Shown here: positions 8,220-16,981 of the stretch, piece by piece
How positions within the stretch are numbered: position 1 is the stretch's first letter
How the letters are laid out: each line of letters starts with the position of its first letter
IMG/VR virus record: IMGVR_UViG_2877958089_000002
Length of the DNA: 31,395 nucleotides
Direction: 5' to 3' (one strand)
DNA from: a virus
Lineage: Duplodnaviria > Heunggongvirae > Uroviricota > Caudoviricetes
Program-made: the position numbers and the translations under genes
Notes under the pieces: model-generated
The model's input: only the letters and a program-made list of their open reading frames with translations
The model's database searches: none
What the model was told of the DNA's origin: nothing

Positions 8220-9085
8220 GCCTCAGCAGGGCGTTTTCGTTTTACTTTGGTTATAGCATACTTGGTTGTGGCATTTCGCGCAGTGAAAGTTTTTATAGTT
8301 TTTAGCTCAACAACAAACAAATCTTCTTTTGTAAAACTGATGATTCCGTTTTGAACTTGGTGTATAAACAACTGATCTTCAAAGGTAACAGCATGCTCTT
8401 CGCCTAAATAATCGATTCTCCAACCCTTTGTACCCTCGAAGTTGATCTGTACGAATCTAACATTGACTTCTTCTACAGACTCTTCTTTTTCAAGTAGTGT
8501 GCCTCTAGGCAGCGGTTTGATCTCTTCGGTTTCACTTCCTTCAAGACGAACGACTTCTTCGCCTTCATCATTCAGCACCTTAAATACTGCTCCTTGTTTG
8601 CCGTCTAATGGTGCACGAACTACATTCACAAGGGCATCACGGACTTCTGGATCTGTTACTAACTTAGCCACTGAGTCATGGCAAACAATTTCTTCCCCTT
8701 CAAGCTCAAGAACAGATTCTTCTGTTCCTGCCCGTTTTGTTACCGAAATTACTTTCTTGCTGCCCAGTTGGCGGATTAGTGATAATGCTGGAGCTCCAAT
8801 AGTAGCCCCGGCTATCCCTGTTAGGCCAATCACTTTTGCTACGTCGACGGCATGAGGAACAAGCTCCATCATCGTATAGGATACGCCGAGTGATCCCGCT
8901 TCAGCTGGATTAGTAACCATTAACTTAACGGTTTGTTGGCCGTCATTAAGTCTTTTATCAGCTGCTGATATTAAATCTGCCATCGAACCTATGGAAATGC
9001 TTAATGTTTTGGCATCAATTTTATGCTGTGCTAATTCATTATCCTCTGCATCGTAGAAGATCTGAAAAGAAGTTGTTTTAGTCAC
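8216..9085 (-). CDS. Hypothetical protein (289 aa), first gene of the antisense cassette; no recognisable family
   Basis: GTG start, with an in-frame stop 60 nt upstream and no ATG between. Gly-rich hydrophobic segment (GLTGIAGATIGAPALSL) and acidic C-terminal half. AT-rich relative to flanks. Confidence 0.55.
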   Translation of the reverse strand: MTKTTSFQIFYDAEDNELAQHKIDAKTLSISIGSMADLISAADKRLNDGQQTVKLMVTNPAEAGSLGVSYTMMELVPHAVDVAKVIGLTGIAGATIGAPALSLIRQLGSKKVISVTKRAGTEESVLELEGEEIVCHDSVAKLVTDPEVRDALVNVVRAPLDGKQGAVFKVLNDEGEEVVRLEGSETEEIKPLPRGTLLEKEESVEEVNVRFVQINFEGTKGWRIDYLGEEHAVTFEDQLFIHQVQNGIISFTKEDLFVVELKTIKTFTARNATTKYAITKVKRKRPAEA

Positions 9086-9206
9086 TCTTTGCTCGCTATG
9101 TCTTGATTTTTTTCCACAAAATACCTTTTTTTGGTGTAAAAAACATTATCGCGGTCCGCAAAAATTGCGTTACTGTGTTAAGAGTGATTACTTCGTCACA
9201 CAGCTT

Positions 9207-9233
9207 AAACCCGCCGTCGAGCGGGTTTTTTTA
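9207..9233 (+). terminator. Intrinsic terminator, plus strand
   Basis: AAACCCGC-cgtcga-GCGGGTTT stem-loop followed by a 7-T run. Lies between the antisense cassette and the small wHTH gene. Confidence 0.6.
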
Positions 9234-9355
9234 TACCTGTAAACCTGGTGCAGTACGGTAAACACGCTGGTGGTCGTGAATACTGACTTTTTATCTTGCT
9301 GGCTTTTTAGACAAGAGTTATTGGTATGTCATGTTAACCATGAAGGTAAAAAGAC

Positions 9356-9550
9356 ATGCTAAAACAGCAAGATATGACAGAAACGGCGAAAGTTGTTTTT
9401 AATGAATTAAACGGCAAACCGGCAACAGTCGGGGAGATAGCACAAAACACATACCTTTCACGCGAACGCTGTCAGTTAATACTGACCCAGCTGGTTATGG
9501 CGGGGCTGGCAGATTACCAGTTCGGCTGTTACAGACGCCTTCAGCAATGA
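9356..9550 (+). CDS. Small putative DNA-binding protein (64 aa) upstream of the methyltransferase
   Basis: ATG with AAGG about 9 nt upstream. Sequence ATVGEIAQNTYLSRERCQLILTQLVMAGLA suggests a helix-turn-helix. Confidence 0.4.
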   Translation: MLKQQDMTETAKVVFNELNGKPATVGEIAQNTYLSRERCQLILTQLVMAGLADYQFGCYRRLQQ

Positions 9551-9699
9551 AGGGCTTTTAATTTGTGAAAATGGGCGGCTGGTGGGTGTTGGTAGCACCT
9601 GCCAGCCATTCGCTCATGCTTACTGGTCACAAGCGAACCATGGCCCACTGCTTTAGCGCAAAAGCAGAGTGAGCCTACCAGAGTTACGCTTACTGATCC

Positions 9700-10752
9700 A
9701 TGAAAAATACTGTAAAAATAAACAGTGTTGATTTAATCAACGCTGATTGCCTGCATTTTATTCAGTCCCTGCCTGATGACTCCATTGATCTGATTGTTAC
9801 CGATCCGCCGTACTTCAAAGTGAAGCCCAACGGCTGGGACAATCAGTGGAAAGGGGACGAAGATTACCTGAAGTGGCTGGACCACTGTCTGGCCCAGTTC
9901 TGGCGGGTACTGAAACCAGCCGGAAGCCTTTACCTGTTCTGTGGACATCGCCTGGCATCTGATATCGAGATCATGATGCGTGAACGTTTCAACGTTCTTA
10001 ACCATATCATCTGGGCGAAGCCGTCCGGACGATGGAACGGGTGTAATAAAGAAAGCCTGCGGGCATATTTCCCCGCTACAGAGCGCGTTCTGTTTGCTGA
10101 ACATTACCAGGGGCCATATCGCGGCAAAAGTGACGATTATGCGGCAAAAGAAAGGGAACTCAAACAGCACATAATGGCACCGCTGATTTCGTATTTCAGG
10201 GATGCTCGTGCCGAACTGGGTATAACGGCAAAACAGATTGCCGAAGCCACTGGTAAGAAAAATATGGTTTCCCACTGGTTTGGTGCCAGTCAGTGGCAGT
10301 TGCCGAATGAGGCTGACTACCGGAAGTTGCAGGCACTGTTTTCCCGTATAGCGGCAGAGAAATTTCAGGAACAACAACTGGAACAACCACACCACCAGCT
10401 GGTGGCATCTTATGATTCACTGAATCGCAAATATTCTGAATTGCTGGATGAGTTTAAAACTCTCCGGCGCTATTTCTCCGTATCAGTTTCCGTGCCTTAT
10501 ACCGACGTCTGGACGTATAAACCCGTTCAGTTCTACCCGGGTAAACATCCGTGTGAGAAGCCTGCGGATATGCTCCGGCAAATAATCAGTGCCAGTAGTC
10601 GACAAGGCGATCTGGTTGCTGATTTCTTTATGGGATCCGGTTCCACAATAAAAGCGGCAATGGCGCTGGGGCGTCGGGCGTTAGGTGTTGAACTTGAGTC
10701 AGAGCGGTTTAATCAGACGGTGAAAGAGGTAAGTGAACTGGTGGGGAAATAA
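9700..10752 (+). CDS. Orphan DNA methyltransferase (N6-adenine/N4-cytosine MTase family, beta class)
   Basis: DPPY motif (LIVTDPPYF) near the N-terminus and AdoMet-binding motif (FFMGSGST) near the C-terminus. No adjacent restriction endonuclease. Confidence 0.85.
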   Translation: MKNTVKINSVDLINADCLHFIQSLPDDSIDLIVTDPPYFKVKPNGWDNQWKGDEDYLKWLDHCLAQFWRVLKPAGSLYLFCGHRLASDIEIMMRERFNVLNHIIWAKPSGRWNGCNKESLRAYFPATERVLFAEHYQGPYRGKSDDYAAKERELKQHIMAPLISYFRDARAELGITAKQIAEATGKKNMVSHWFGASQWQLPNEADYRKLQALFSRIAAEKFQEQQLEQPHHQLVASYDSLNRKYSELLDEFKTLRRYFSVSVSVPYTDVWTYKPVQFYPGKHPCEKPADMLRQIISASSRQGDLVADFFMGSGSTIKAAMALGRRALGVELESERFNQTVKEVSELVGK

Positions 10753-10759
10753 TTCTGGT

Positions 10760-10782
10760 GGCCACGTTGCGTGGCCTTTTTA
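10760..10782 (+). terminator. Intrinsic terminator between the methyltransferase and the holin
   Basis: GGCCAC-gttgc-GTGGCC hairpin followed by TTTTTATTT, 8 nt after the methyltransferase stop. Coordinates anchored on ORF-track codons. Confidence 0.55.
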
Positions 10783-10828
10783 TTTCCAACACAGCACCCG
10801 CAAATATCGCGAGGTGAGAGATGACGAA

Positions 10829-11164
10829 ATGCCTCATAACCCAAATACCTGGCTGGACTGGCTGGAGTTGTTTCAGAGCTGGTGGCGTGGAGATACGCCG
10901 CTGGGCGCAGTGATTATGTCGATTGTTATGGCTGGTTTGCGTATTGCCTATTTTGGTGGTGGTGGCGGCTGGAAACGAAAAACACTCGAAATTTTGCTCT
11001 GTGGCGCTCTGACGCTGACCTTTGCATCCGCTCTTGAGTATGTCGGATGGCCTAAATCGCTTTCTGTTGCCATTGGTGGTGGGGTGGGGCTGATCGGGGT
11101 CGATGCAATTCGTGGGGCTGCAATGCGAGTAATCGGTAATAAGTTTGGTAGTTCTAAGGAGTAA
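10829..11164 (+). CDS. Holin
   Basis: Directly precedes the R-type endolysin. About 111 aa with hydrophobic segments (LGAVIMSIVMAGLRIAYF, LLCGALTLTFASAL, VAIGGGVGLIGV). ATG at 10829 preceded by GAGGTGAGAG; track ORF starts earlier at GTG 10733 inside the methyltransferase 3' end. Confidence 0.6.
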   Translation: MPHNPNTWLDWLELFQSWWRGDTPLGAVIMSIVMAGLRIAYFGGGGGWKRKTLEILLCGALTLTFASALEYVGWPKSLSVAIGGGVGLIGVDAIRGAAMRVIGNKFGSSKE

Positions 11165-11167
11165 TTT

Positions 11168-11644
11168 ATGCAGGTACTAAATTCCCAGCGTAAAGCTTTC
11201 CTTGATATGGTGGCTTGGTCAGAAGGAACGGATAACGGACGACAACCGACACGTAACCACGGTTATGACGTTATTGTCGGTGGTGAACTCTTCACTGATT
11301 ACTCCGATCACCCTCGCAAACTTGTCACGCTAAACCCGAAACTCAAGTCAACAGCCGCCGGACGTTACCAGCTTCTTTCACGCTGGTGGGATGCTTACCG
11401 TAAACAGCTTGGCCTGAAAGATTTTTCTCCAGAAAGCCAGGACGCTGTAGCTCTGCAGCAGATTAAAGAGCGTGGCGCTTTACCGATGATTGACCGTGGC
11501 AATATTCGTCAGGCAATCGACCGTTGCAGCAATATCTGGGCGTCGTTACCTGGTGCAGGTTATGGTCAGTATGAACATAAAATCAGTGACCTGATTGCAC
11601 GGTTTGAAGAGGCTGGTGGGGTGGTAAATGAAGTTGAGCTATAA
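11168..11644 (+). CDS. R: Endolysin, lambda R-type lytic transglycosylase
   Basis: 158-aa product close to lambda R as I recall it (QRKAFLDMVAWSEGTDNGRQPTRNHGYDVIVGGELFTDYSDHPRKLVTLNPKLKST...). Confidence 0.9.
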   Translation: MQVLNSQRKAFLDMVAWSEGTDNGRQPTRNHGYDVIVGGELFTDYSDHPRKLVTLNPKLKSTAAGRYQLLSRWWDAYRKQLGLKDFSPESQDAVALQQIKERGALPMIDRGNIRQAIDRCSNIWASLPGAGYGQYEHKISDLIARFEEAGGVVNEVEL

Positions 11645-12020
11645 GCTGGTTATCGCTGCATTCTTCTTTACTGTCATCGGTTCTTTCATCTGGTCTGCCA
11701 ACCACTACTACAGCAAATATCAGCACGAAAAGAAACGTGCTGATGAGGCTGTACAAAATGCCAAATCGGCAACTGTCATTACCAATAACGTCCTGCAATC
11801 ACTGCAAATCGTCAATACAGTTCTGGAGGCTAACCAGCATGCAAAACAGCAGATCACACTGGAGTCACAGAGAACCCAGGAAGATATCAAAGTGGCTGTT
11901 GCGGATGATGATTGTGCTTCACGTCCTGTGCCTGCTGCCGCTGCTGACCGGTTGCGGAAGTACGCGAACAGTTTACGTGCCTATTCCGGCGGTACCGTTG
12001 CCAGCAAGCCTGACTACTGA
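11628..12020 (+). CDS. Rz-like inner-membrane spanin
   Basis: Follows the endolysin with overlap. N-terminal signal-anchor (LVIAAFFFTVIGSFIW) then a helical periplasmic domain. Confidence 0.65.
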   Translation: MKLSYKLVIAAFFFTVIGSFIWSANHYYSKYQHEKKRADEAVQNAKSATVITNNVLQSLQIVNTVLEANQHAKQQITLESQRTQEDIKVAVADDDCASRPVPAAAADRLRKYANSLRAYSGGTVASKPDY

Positions 12021-12177
12021 AACTCCCCAGCCAGTTATTCCCGATCCTCTGACCTATGGGGCCAGCCTGGATCTGAATGTGAGCCTGCTTTCGGCGTTGG
12101 GACAATGCAATATTGACAAAGCGGGGATTAGAAGTATCGAGATGCGCCGTAACGTTTTGCTGGCAGCAGGCAAATAG
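11905..12177 (+). CDS. Rz1-like outer-membrane lipoprotein spanin
   Basis: In the +1 frame inside Rz. Lipobox LLTGC after a hydrophobic leader, then a Pro-rich segment (PIPAVPLPASLTTETPQPVIPDP). Extends past the Rz stop. Confidence 0.55.
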   Translation: MMIVLHVLCLLPLLTGCGSTRTVYVPIPAVPLPASLTTETPQPVIPDPLTYGASLDLNVSLLSALGQCNIDKAGIRSIEMRRNVLLAAGK

Positions 12178-12203
12178 TCTGGACAAAGAACAGGAATATA
12201 TTT

Positions 12204-12554
12204 ATGCCTCCTCGAACCCCAAAAGCCTGCCGCGTTCGCGGCTGCCCCCATACCACCACTGACTCGTCAGGCTATTGCGAAAGGCACAAAAGCGAAGGCT
12301 GGAAGCAATACAAGCCAGGCCAGTCCCGTCATCAGCGCGGTTATGGTTCGAAGTGGGACAGTATCCGCGCGCGCGTCCTGAAGCGTGACAAAGGTTTATG
12401 TCAGTTATGTCTGCGTGCCGGTGTGGTGCGTGAAGCGAAAACCGTTGACCACATCATCCCTAAAGCACATGGCGGCACTGATGTCGACAGTAATCTGCAG
12501 AGTTTGTGCTGGCCGTGTCATAAGGCGAAGACGGCCCGTGAACGGCTGAAGTAA
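12204..12554 (+). CDS. HNH endonuclease (terminase-associated)
   Basis: Cys-rich N-terminus plus HNH core (VDHIIPKAHGGTDVDSNLQSLCWPCHKAKT). Immediately upstream of the terminase genes. Confidence 0.8.
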   Translation: MPPRTPKACRVRGCPHTTTDSSGYCERHKSEGWKQYKPGQSRHQRGYGSKWDSIRARVLKRDKGLCQLCLRAGVVREAKTVDHIIPKAHGGTDVDSNLQSLCWPCHKAKTARERLK

Positions 12555-12580
12555 GAACCAGTTCCCACTGCCAGAGGGGA

Positions 12581-12640
12581 GGGGCGGGTCAAATCCCTGT
12601 GACCTGACGTCTTCCGGACTGCCCGCCCCATCGTTTTTTT
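12581..12640 (+). other. GC-rich inverted repeat with T-run between HNH and terminase genes (candidate cos region or terminator)
   Basis: GGGGCGGG (12581-12588) pairs with CCCGCCCC (12622-12629). Loop contains palindromes GACGTC and TCCGGA. Followed by ATCG plus a 7-T run. Confidence 0.35.
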
Positions 12641-12679
12641 ATACCCGCGAAAAATGAAATTTAACCAGGAGTGCCGCAT

Positions 12680-13174
12680 ATGGCTGGAACGGTGGGGCGT
12701 TCCGGGCGTCGCCCTAAGCCAACGGCGCGCAAGGCGCTGGCCGGAAACCCCGGCAAGCGAGCCCTGAACAAAGATGAACCTGTTTTTACGCCCATCAAAG
12801 GTGTTGAGCCACCGGAGTGGTTCGCTGAAGAAGAGCTTCCTCTCGCCACGATCATGTGGCAACTGACAACCAAAGAACTCTGCGGTCAGGGCCTGCTGTG
12901 CGTGACTGACCTCGCAGTGCTTGAGCGGTGGTGCGTGGCCTATGAGTTCTGGCGACGTGCCGTGAAAAATATTGCCAGACAGGGCAACACCATCACCGGT
13001 GCAATGGGCGGCAGGGTCAAAAATCCGGAGCTGACCGCCAAAAAAGAACAGGAGTCCGAGATGAGCAGTACGGGGGCAATGCTCGGACTCGACCCCAGCA
13101 GCCGCCAGCGTCTGATTGGCCTGGCGGGGAAGAAGAAAGCCACTAACCCGTTTCTGAAAATTATCGAGTCATGA
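12680..13174 (+). CDS. Terminase small subunit (P27-family type)
   Basis: N-terminal basic segment ([22 protein letters not shown]). AGGAG Shine-Dalgarno 8 nt before ATG 12680; track start 12671 is a GTG inside the Shine-Dalgarno. ATGA overlap with the large subunit. Confidence 0.7.
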   Translation: MAGTVGRSGRRPKPTARKALAGNPGKRALNKDEPVFTPIKGVEPPEWFAEEELPLATIMWQLTTKELCGQGLLCVTDLAVLERWCVAYEFWRRAVKNIARQGNTITGAMGGRVKNPELTAKKEQESEMSSTGAMLGLDPSSRQRLIGLAGKKKATNPFLKIIES

Positions 13175-14904
13175 GCCGGAAATCTTACCCCAACGTAAAT
13201 GCTGCCAATCAGTATGCCCGGGATGTCGTGCGCGGAAAGATTGTGGCCTGCCAGTTTGTGATTCAGGCCTGCCAGCGCCATCTTGATGACCTGATGGCGG
13301 AAAAAAGTAAGTCGTTTCGTTACCGCTTCGACAAGGATCTGGCTGAACGGGCCGCCAAATTTATTCAGCTGTTGCCGCACACCAAGGGTGAGTGGGCATT
13401 TAAACGGATGCCCATCACGCTGGAGCCGTGGCAGCTCTTTGTGATCTGCTGCGCGTTTGGCTGGGTCAATAAAGGCTCCCGGCTGCGCCGCTTCCGGGAG
13501 GTGTATACCGAAATCCCCCGTAAGAACGGCAAATCGGCAATCTCTGCCGGTGTTGCCCTGTATTGTTTTGCCTGTGATAACGAGTTCGGCGCGGAAGTGT
13601 ATTCCGGTGCCACGACAGAGAAACAGGCGTGGGAAGTCTTTCGCCCGGCGCGACTGATGTGTAAACGCACACCCATGCTGACGGAAGCGTTCGGGATTGA
13701 GGTTAACGCCTCAAACATGAACCGTCCGGAGGATGGGGCGCGGTTTGAACCGCTGATTGGTAACCCCGGTGATGGTTCATCACCCCACTGTGCGGTGGTG
13801 GATGAATATCACGAGCACGCCACAGATGCGCTTTACACCACGATGCTTACCGGGATGGGGGCGCGACGTCAGCCACTGATGTGGGCTATCACTACCGCCG
13901 GGTACAACATTGAGGGGCCGTGCTACGACAAACGGCGGGAAGTCATCGAGATGCTCAACGGTTCGGTACCCAACGATGAACTGTTCGGGATCATCTATAC
14001 CGTTGATGAAGGTGACGACTGGACCGACCCGCAGGTGCTGGAAAAAGCCAATCCAAATATTGGCGTGTCGGTTTATCGCGAATTTTTGTTAAGTCAGCAG
14101 CAGCGTGCGAAAAATAACGCCCGTCTGGCAAACGTCTTTAAAACAAAACACCTCAATATCTGGGTGTCGGCGCGTTCGGCGTATTTCAACCTGGTGAGCT
14201 GGCAGATCTGCGAGGATAAATCACTGACCCTTGAGCAGTTCGAGGGGCAGCCGTGCATTCTGGCCTTTGACCTGGCGCGTAAGCTGGATATGAACAGCAT
14301 GGCGCGACTTTATACCCGCGAGATTGACGGTAAAACGCATTACTACAGTGTGGCCCCGCGTTTCTGGGTACCATATGACACGGTGTACAGCGTCGAGAAA
14401 AATGAAGATCGACGGACAGCCGAACGCTTTCAGAAATGGGTGGAAATGGGCGTTCTGACCGTTACCGATGGTGCGGAGGTGGATTATCGCTACATCCTCG
14501 AGGAGGCCAAAGCGGCGAACAAAATCAGCCCGGTCAGTGAGTCACCCATCGACCCCTTCGGGGCGACCGGGTTGTCACATGACCTTGCTGATGAAGACCT
14601 GAACCCCATCACTATCATTCAGAACTACACCAACATGTCCGACCCGATGAAAGAGCTGGAAGCGGCAATTGAATCGGGGCGCTTTCATCATGACGGCAAT
14701 CCCATCATGACCTGGTGTATCGGCAACGTGGTCGGCAAAACCATTCCGGGTAACGATGACGTGGTGAAACCCGTCAAAGAGCAGGCGGAAAACAAAATCG
14801 ATGGTGCAGTTACGCTGATTATGGCGGTTGGCAGAGCCATGCTGTACGAGAAAGAAGACACGCTGTCTGACCACATTGAGTCCTACGGGATCCGCTCGCT
14901 TTAA
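13171..14904 (+). CDS. Terminase large subunit
   Basis: 577-aa product. ATPase region with Walker A-like GKS ([14 protein letters not shown]) and C-terminal nuclease region. Follows the small subunit. Confidence 0.9.
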   Translation: MSRKSYPNVNAANQYARDVVRGKIVACQFVIQACQRHLDDLMAEKSKSFRYRFDKDLAERAAKFIQLLPHTKGEWAFKRMPITLEPWQLFVICCAFGWVNKGSRLRRFREVYTEIPRKNGKSAISAGVALYCFACDNEFGAEVYSGATTEKQAWEVFRPARLMCKRTPMLTEAFGIEVNASNMNRPEDGARFEPLIGNPGDGSSPHCAVVDEYHEHATDALYTTMLTGMGARRQPLMWAITTAGYNIEGPCYDKRREVIEMLNGSVPNDELFGIIYTVDEGDDWTDPQVLEKANPNIGVSVYREFLLSQQQRAKNNARLANVFKTKHLNIWVSARSAYFNLVSWQICEDKSLTLEQFEGQPCILAFDLARKLDMNSMARLYTREIDGKTHYYSVAPRFWVPYDTVYSVEKNEDRRTAERFQKWVEMGVLTVTDGAEVDYRYILEEAKAANKISPVSESPIDPFGATGLSHDLADEDLNPITIIQNYTNMSDPMKELEAAIESGRFHHDGNPIMTWCIGNVVGKTIPGNDDVVKPVKEQAENKIDGAVTLIMAVGRAMLYEKEDTLSDHIESYGIRSL

Positions 14905-14915
14905 CTGAGGTAATT

Positions 14916-15098
14916 ATGATCATGCTGATTCTCGCGCCTCTGGTGGGCGTGCTGGGTGCGCTTTTGCTGGCATATGGTGCCTGGCTGATTTATCCCCCGG
15001 CGGGTTTTGTTGTTGCCGGGGCGCTGTGCCTGTTCTGGTCGTGGCTAGTGGCGCGATATCTCGATCGTACACAGCTGTCTGTCGGCGGAGGTAAATAG
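14916..15098 (+). CDS. Small membrane protein (60 aa), YmfR-like by position
   Basis: Two hydrophobic segments. Sits between terminase and portal; stop overlaps the portal GTG start (TAGTG). Confidence 0.4.
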   Translation: MIMLILAPLVGVLGALLLAYGAWLIYPPAGFVVAGALCLFWSWLVARYLDRTQLSVGGGK

Positions 15099-16339
15099 TG
15101 TTCTTTTCGGGATTATTTCAACGAAAAAGTGACGCACCGGTGACCACGCCAGCAGAGCTGGCGGATGCTATCGGGTTGTCCTACGACACCTATACCGGAA
15201 AGCAGATCAGCAGCCAGCGGGCCATGCGACTGACGGCGGTTTTTTCCTGTGTCAGGGTGCTGGCGGAGTCGGTCGGGATGTTGCCCTGCAACCTGTATCA
15301 CCTGAACGGCAGCCTGAAGCAGAGAGCCACTGGCGAACGTCTGCATAAGCTGATCTCCACGCATCCCAATGGCTATATGACGCCGCAGGAGTTCTGGGAG
15401 CTGGTGGTCACCTGTCTGTGCCTGCGGGGAAACTTTTACGCCTACAAAGTGAAAGCATTTGGCGAAGTGGCTGAACTGCTGCCCGTCGATCCCGGCAGTG
15501 TGGTACCGAAGCTTAACAGTAGCTGGGAGCCGGTCTATCAGGTCACATTCCCGGATGGCTCCACGGATGTACTGAGCCAGGAGGATATCTGGCATGTGCG
15601 CACGCTGACGCTGGACGGACTGGTGGGGCTGAATCCCATCGCCTATGCCCGCGAGGCAATATCGCTGGCGGCAGCGACCGAAGAGCACGGGGCCAGACTG
15701 TTCAGCAATGGCGCGGTGACGTCGGGTGTGTTGCGTACAGAGCAGACGCTGTCAGATCAGGCTTATGAGCGCCTGAAGAAAGATTTTGAGGAGCGTCACA
15801 CCGGGCTTGGCAATGCTCACCGCCCGATGATCCTTGAGATGGGGCTGGACTGGAAGTCGATGGCGCTGAACGCCGAGGACAGCCAGTTCCTGGAAACCCG
15901 CAAGTTTCAGCTTGAAGAAATCTGTCGTCTGTTCCGGGTGCCGTTGCACATGGTGCAGAACACCGATCGCGCCACCTTCAACAATATCGAAGAGCTGGGG
16001 CTGGGATTTATCAACTATTCACTGGTGCCGTATCTGACCCGCATCGAACAGCGGATCAACACCGGACTGGTACGAAAAAGTAAGCAGGGCGTTTATTACG
16101 CCAAATTTAACGCCGGGGCGTTACTGCGCGGGGATATGAAGTCCCGTTTTGAAGCCTACGCCACCGGGATCAACTGGGGAATTTACTCTCCCAATGACTG
16201 CCGCGACCTGGAAGATATGAATCCGCGTCCCGGTGGTGATGTCTATCTCACACCGATGAACATGACCACGAAACCCTCCGATGGCAGTAAAGCCGGTAAG
16301 CAGAAGGATAACGCCAATGCAGACGAAACAACGTCTTGA
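15098..16339 (+). CDS. Portal protein (HK97 family)
   Basis: 413-aa product directly after the terminase. GTG start overlapping the upstream stop. Confidence 0.85.
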   Translation: MFFSGLFQRKSDAPVTTPAELADAIGLSYDTYTGKQISSQRAMRLTAVFSCVRVLAESVGMLPCNLYHLNGSLKQRATGERLHKLISTHPNGYMTPQEFWELVVTCLCLRGNFYAYKVKAFGEVAELLPVDPGSVVPKLNSSWEPVYQVTFPDGSTDVLSQEDIWHVRTLTLDGLVGLNPIAYAREAISLAAATEEHGARLFSNGAVTSGVLRTEQTLSDQAYERLKKDFEERHTGLGNAHRPMILEMGLDWKSMALNAEDSQFLETRKFQLEEICRLFRVPLHMVQNTDRATFNNIEELGLGFINYSLVPYLTRIEQRINTGLVRKSKQGVYYAKFNAGALLRGDMKSRFEAYATGINWGIYSPNDCRDLEDMNPRPGGDVYLTPMNMTTKPSDGSKAGKQKDNANADETTS

Positions 16340-16967
16340 TGTACCGCTGAGTCTGAAATCTGTCAGTGACTCCGGTGAGTTTGAAGGGTATGGCTCCGTC
16401 TTTGGTGTAAAGGACAGCCACGATGATGTGGTGATGTCCGGGGCATTTGCTGCTTCCCTGCGGGCGTGGAGTGACAGAAAAGCGTTACCTGCGCTGCTCT
16501 GGCAGCACCGCATGGATGAACCCATCGGTGTTTACACCGAAATGAAGGAAGACGATGTCGGGCTTTACGTCAGGGGACGGTTGCTTATTGATGATGATCC
16601 CCTCGCAAAACGCGCACATGCACACATGAAGGCCGGTTCGTTAACCGGTCTTTCTATTGGGTACGTCCTGAAAGACTGGGAATACGACCGGAGCAAAGAA
16701 GCCTTTCTGCTGAAAGAAATCGACCTCTGGGAAGTCAGCCTGGTGACGTTCCCGTCTAACGACGAGGCGCGGATCAGCGACGTCAAGAACGCACTGGCCC
16801 GCGGGGAAATCCCCGAACAGAAAAAAATCGAAAGAGTCCTGCGTGATGTCGGACTCTCCCGTACCCAGGCCAAAGCATTCATGGCCGGGGGCTATGGCGC
16901 ACTGTCCCTGCGCGACGCTGAGGATGTGGGCTCTGCACTGAATGCACTGAAAAATCTGAACTTCTAA
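16317..16967 (+). CDS. Prohead protease (HK97 family)
   Basis: Frame opens at 16281; ATG 16317 (MQTKQRL...) has AAGGA 9 nt upstream. Sits between portal and major capsid genes. Confidence 0.75.
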   Translation: MQTKQRLDVPLSLKSVSDSGEFEGYGSVFGVKDSHDDVVMSGAFAASLRAWSDRKALPALLWQHRMDEPIGVYTEMKEDDVGLYVRGRLLIDDDPLAKRAHAHMKAGSLTGLSIGYVLKDWEYDRSKEAFLLKEIDLWEVSLVTFPSNDEARISDVKNALARGEIPEQKKIERVLRDVGLSRTQAKAFMAGGYGALSLRDAEDVGSALNALKNLNF

Positions 16968-16981
16968 TCAGGAGAAATACG

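Noticed and set aside
8442-8855. 137-aa plus-strand ORF inside the 289-aa cassette gene
   Set aside because: Ser/Thr-rich low-complexity translation, antisense to a better ORF, no start context. Typical shadow ORF.
9551-9699. Possible tRNA gene between the small HTH gene and the methyltransferase
   Set aside because: No T-arm (GTTCRANYC) or D-arm consensus and no acceptor-stem complementarity found by eye. The structure is a simple hairpin, reported separately.
9733-10395. 220-aa minus-strand ORF inside the methyltransferase gene
   Set aside because: Entirely antisense to a gene with clear catalytic motifs; no independent support.
15113-15688. 191-aa minus-strand ORF inside the portal gene, and similar antisense ORFs inside terminase, capsid, tail and baseplate genes (13365..13718, 16879..17316, 19007..19504, 23131..23556, 25288..25785, 27515..27973)
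   Set aside because: All lie antisense within tightly packed, recognisable structural genes. GC-rich coding DNA generates long antisense open frames by chance.
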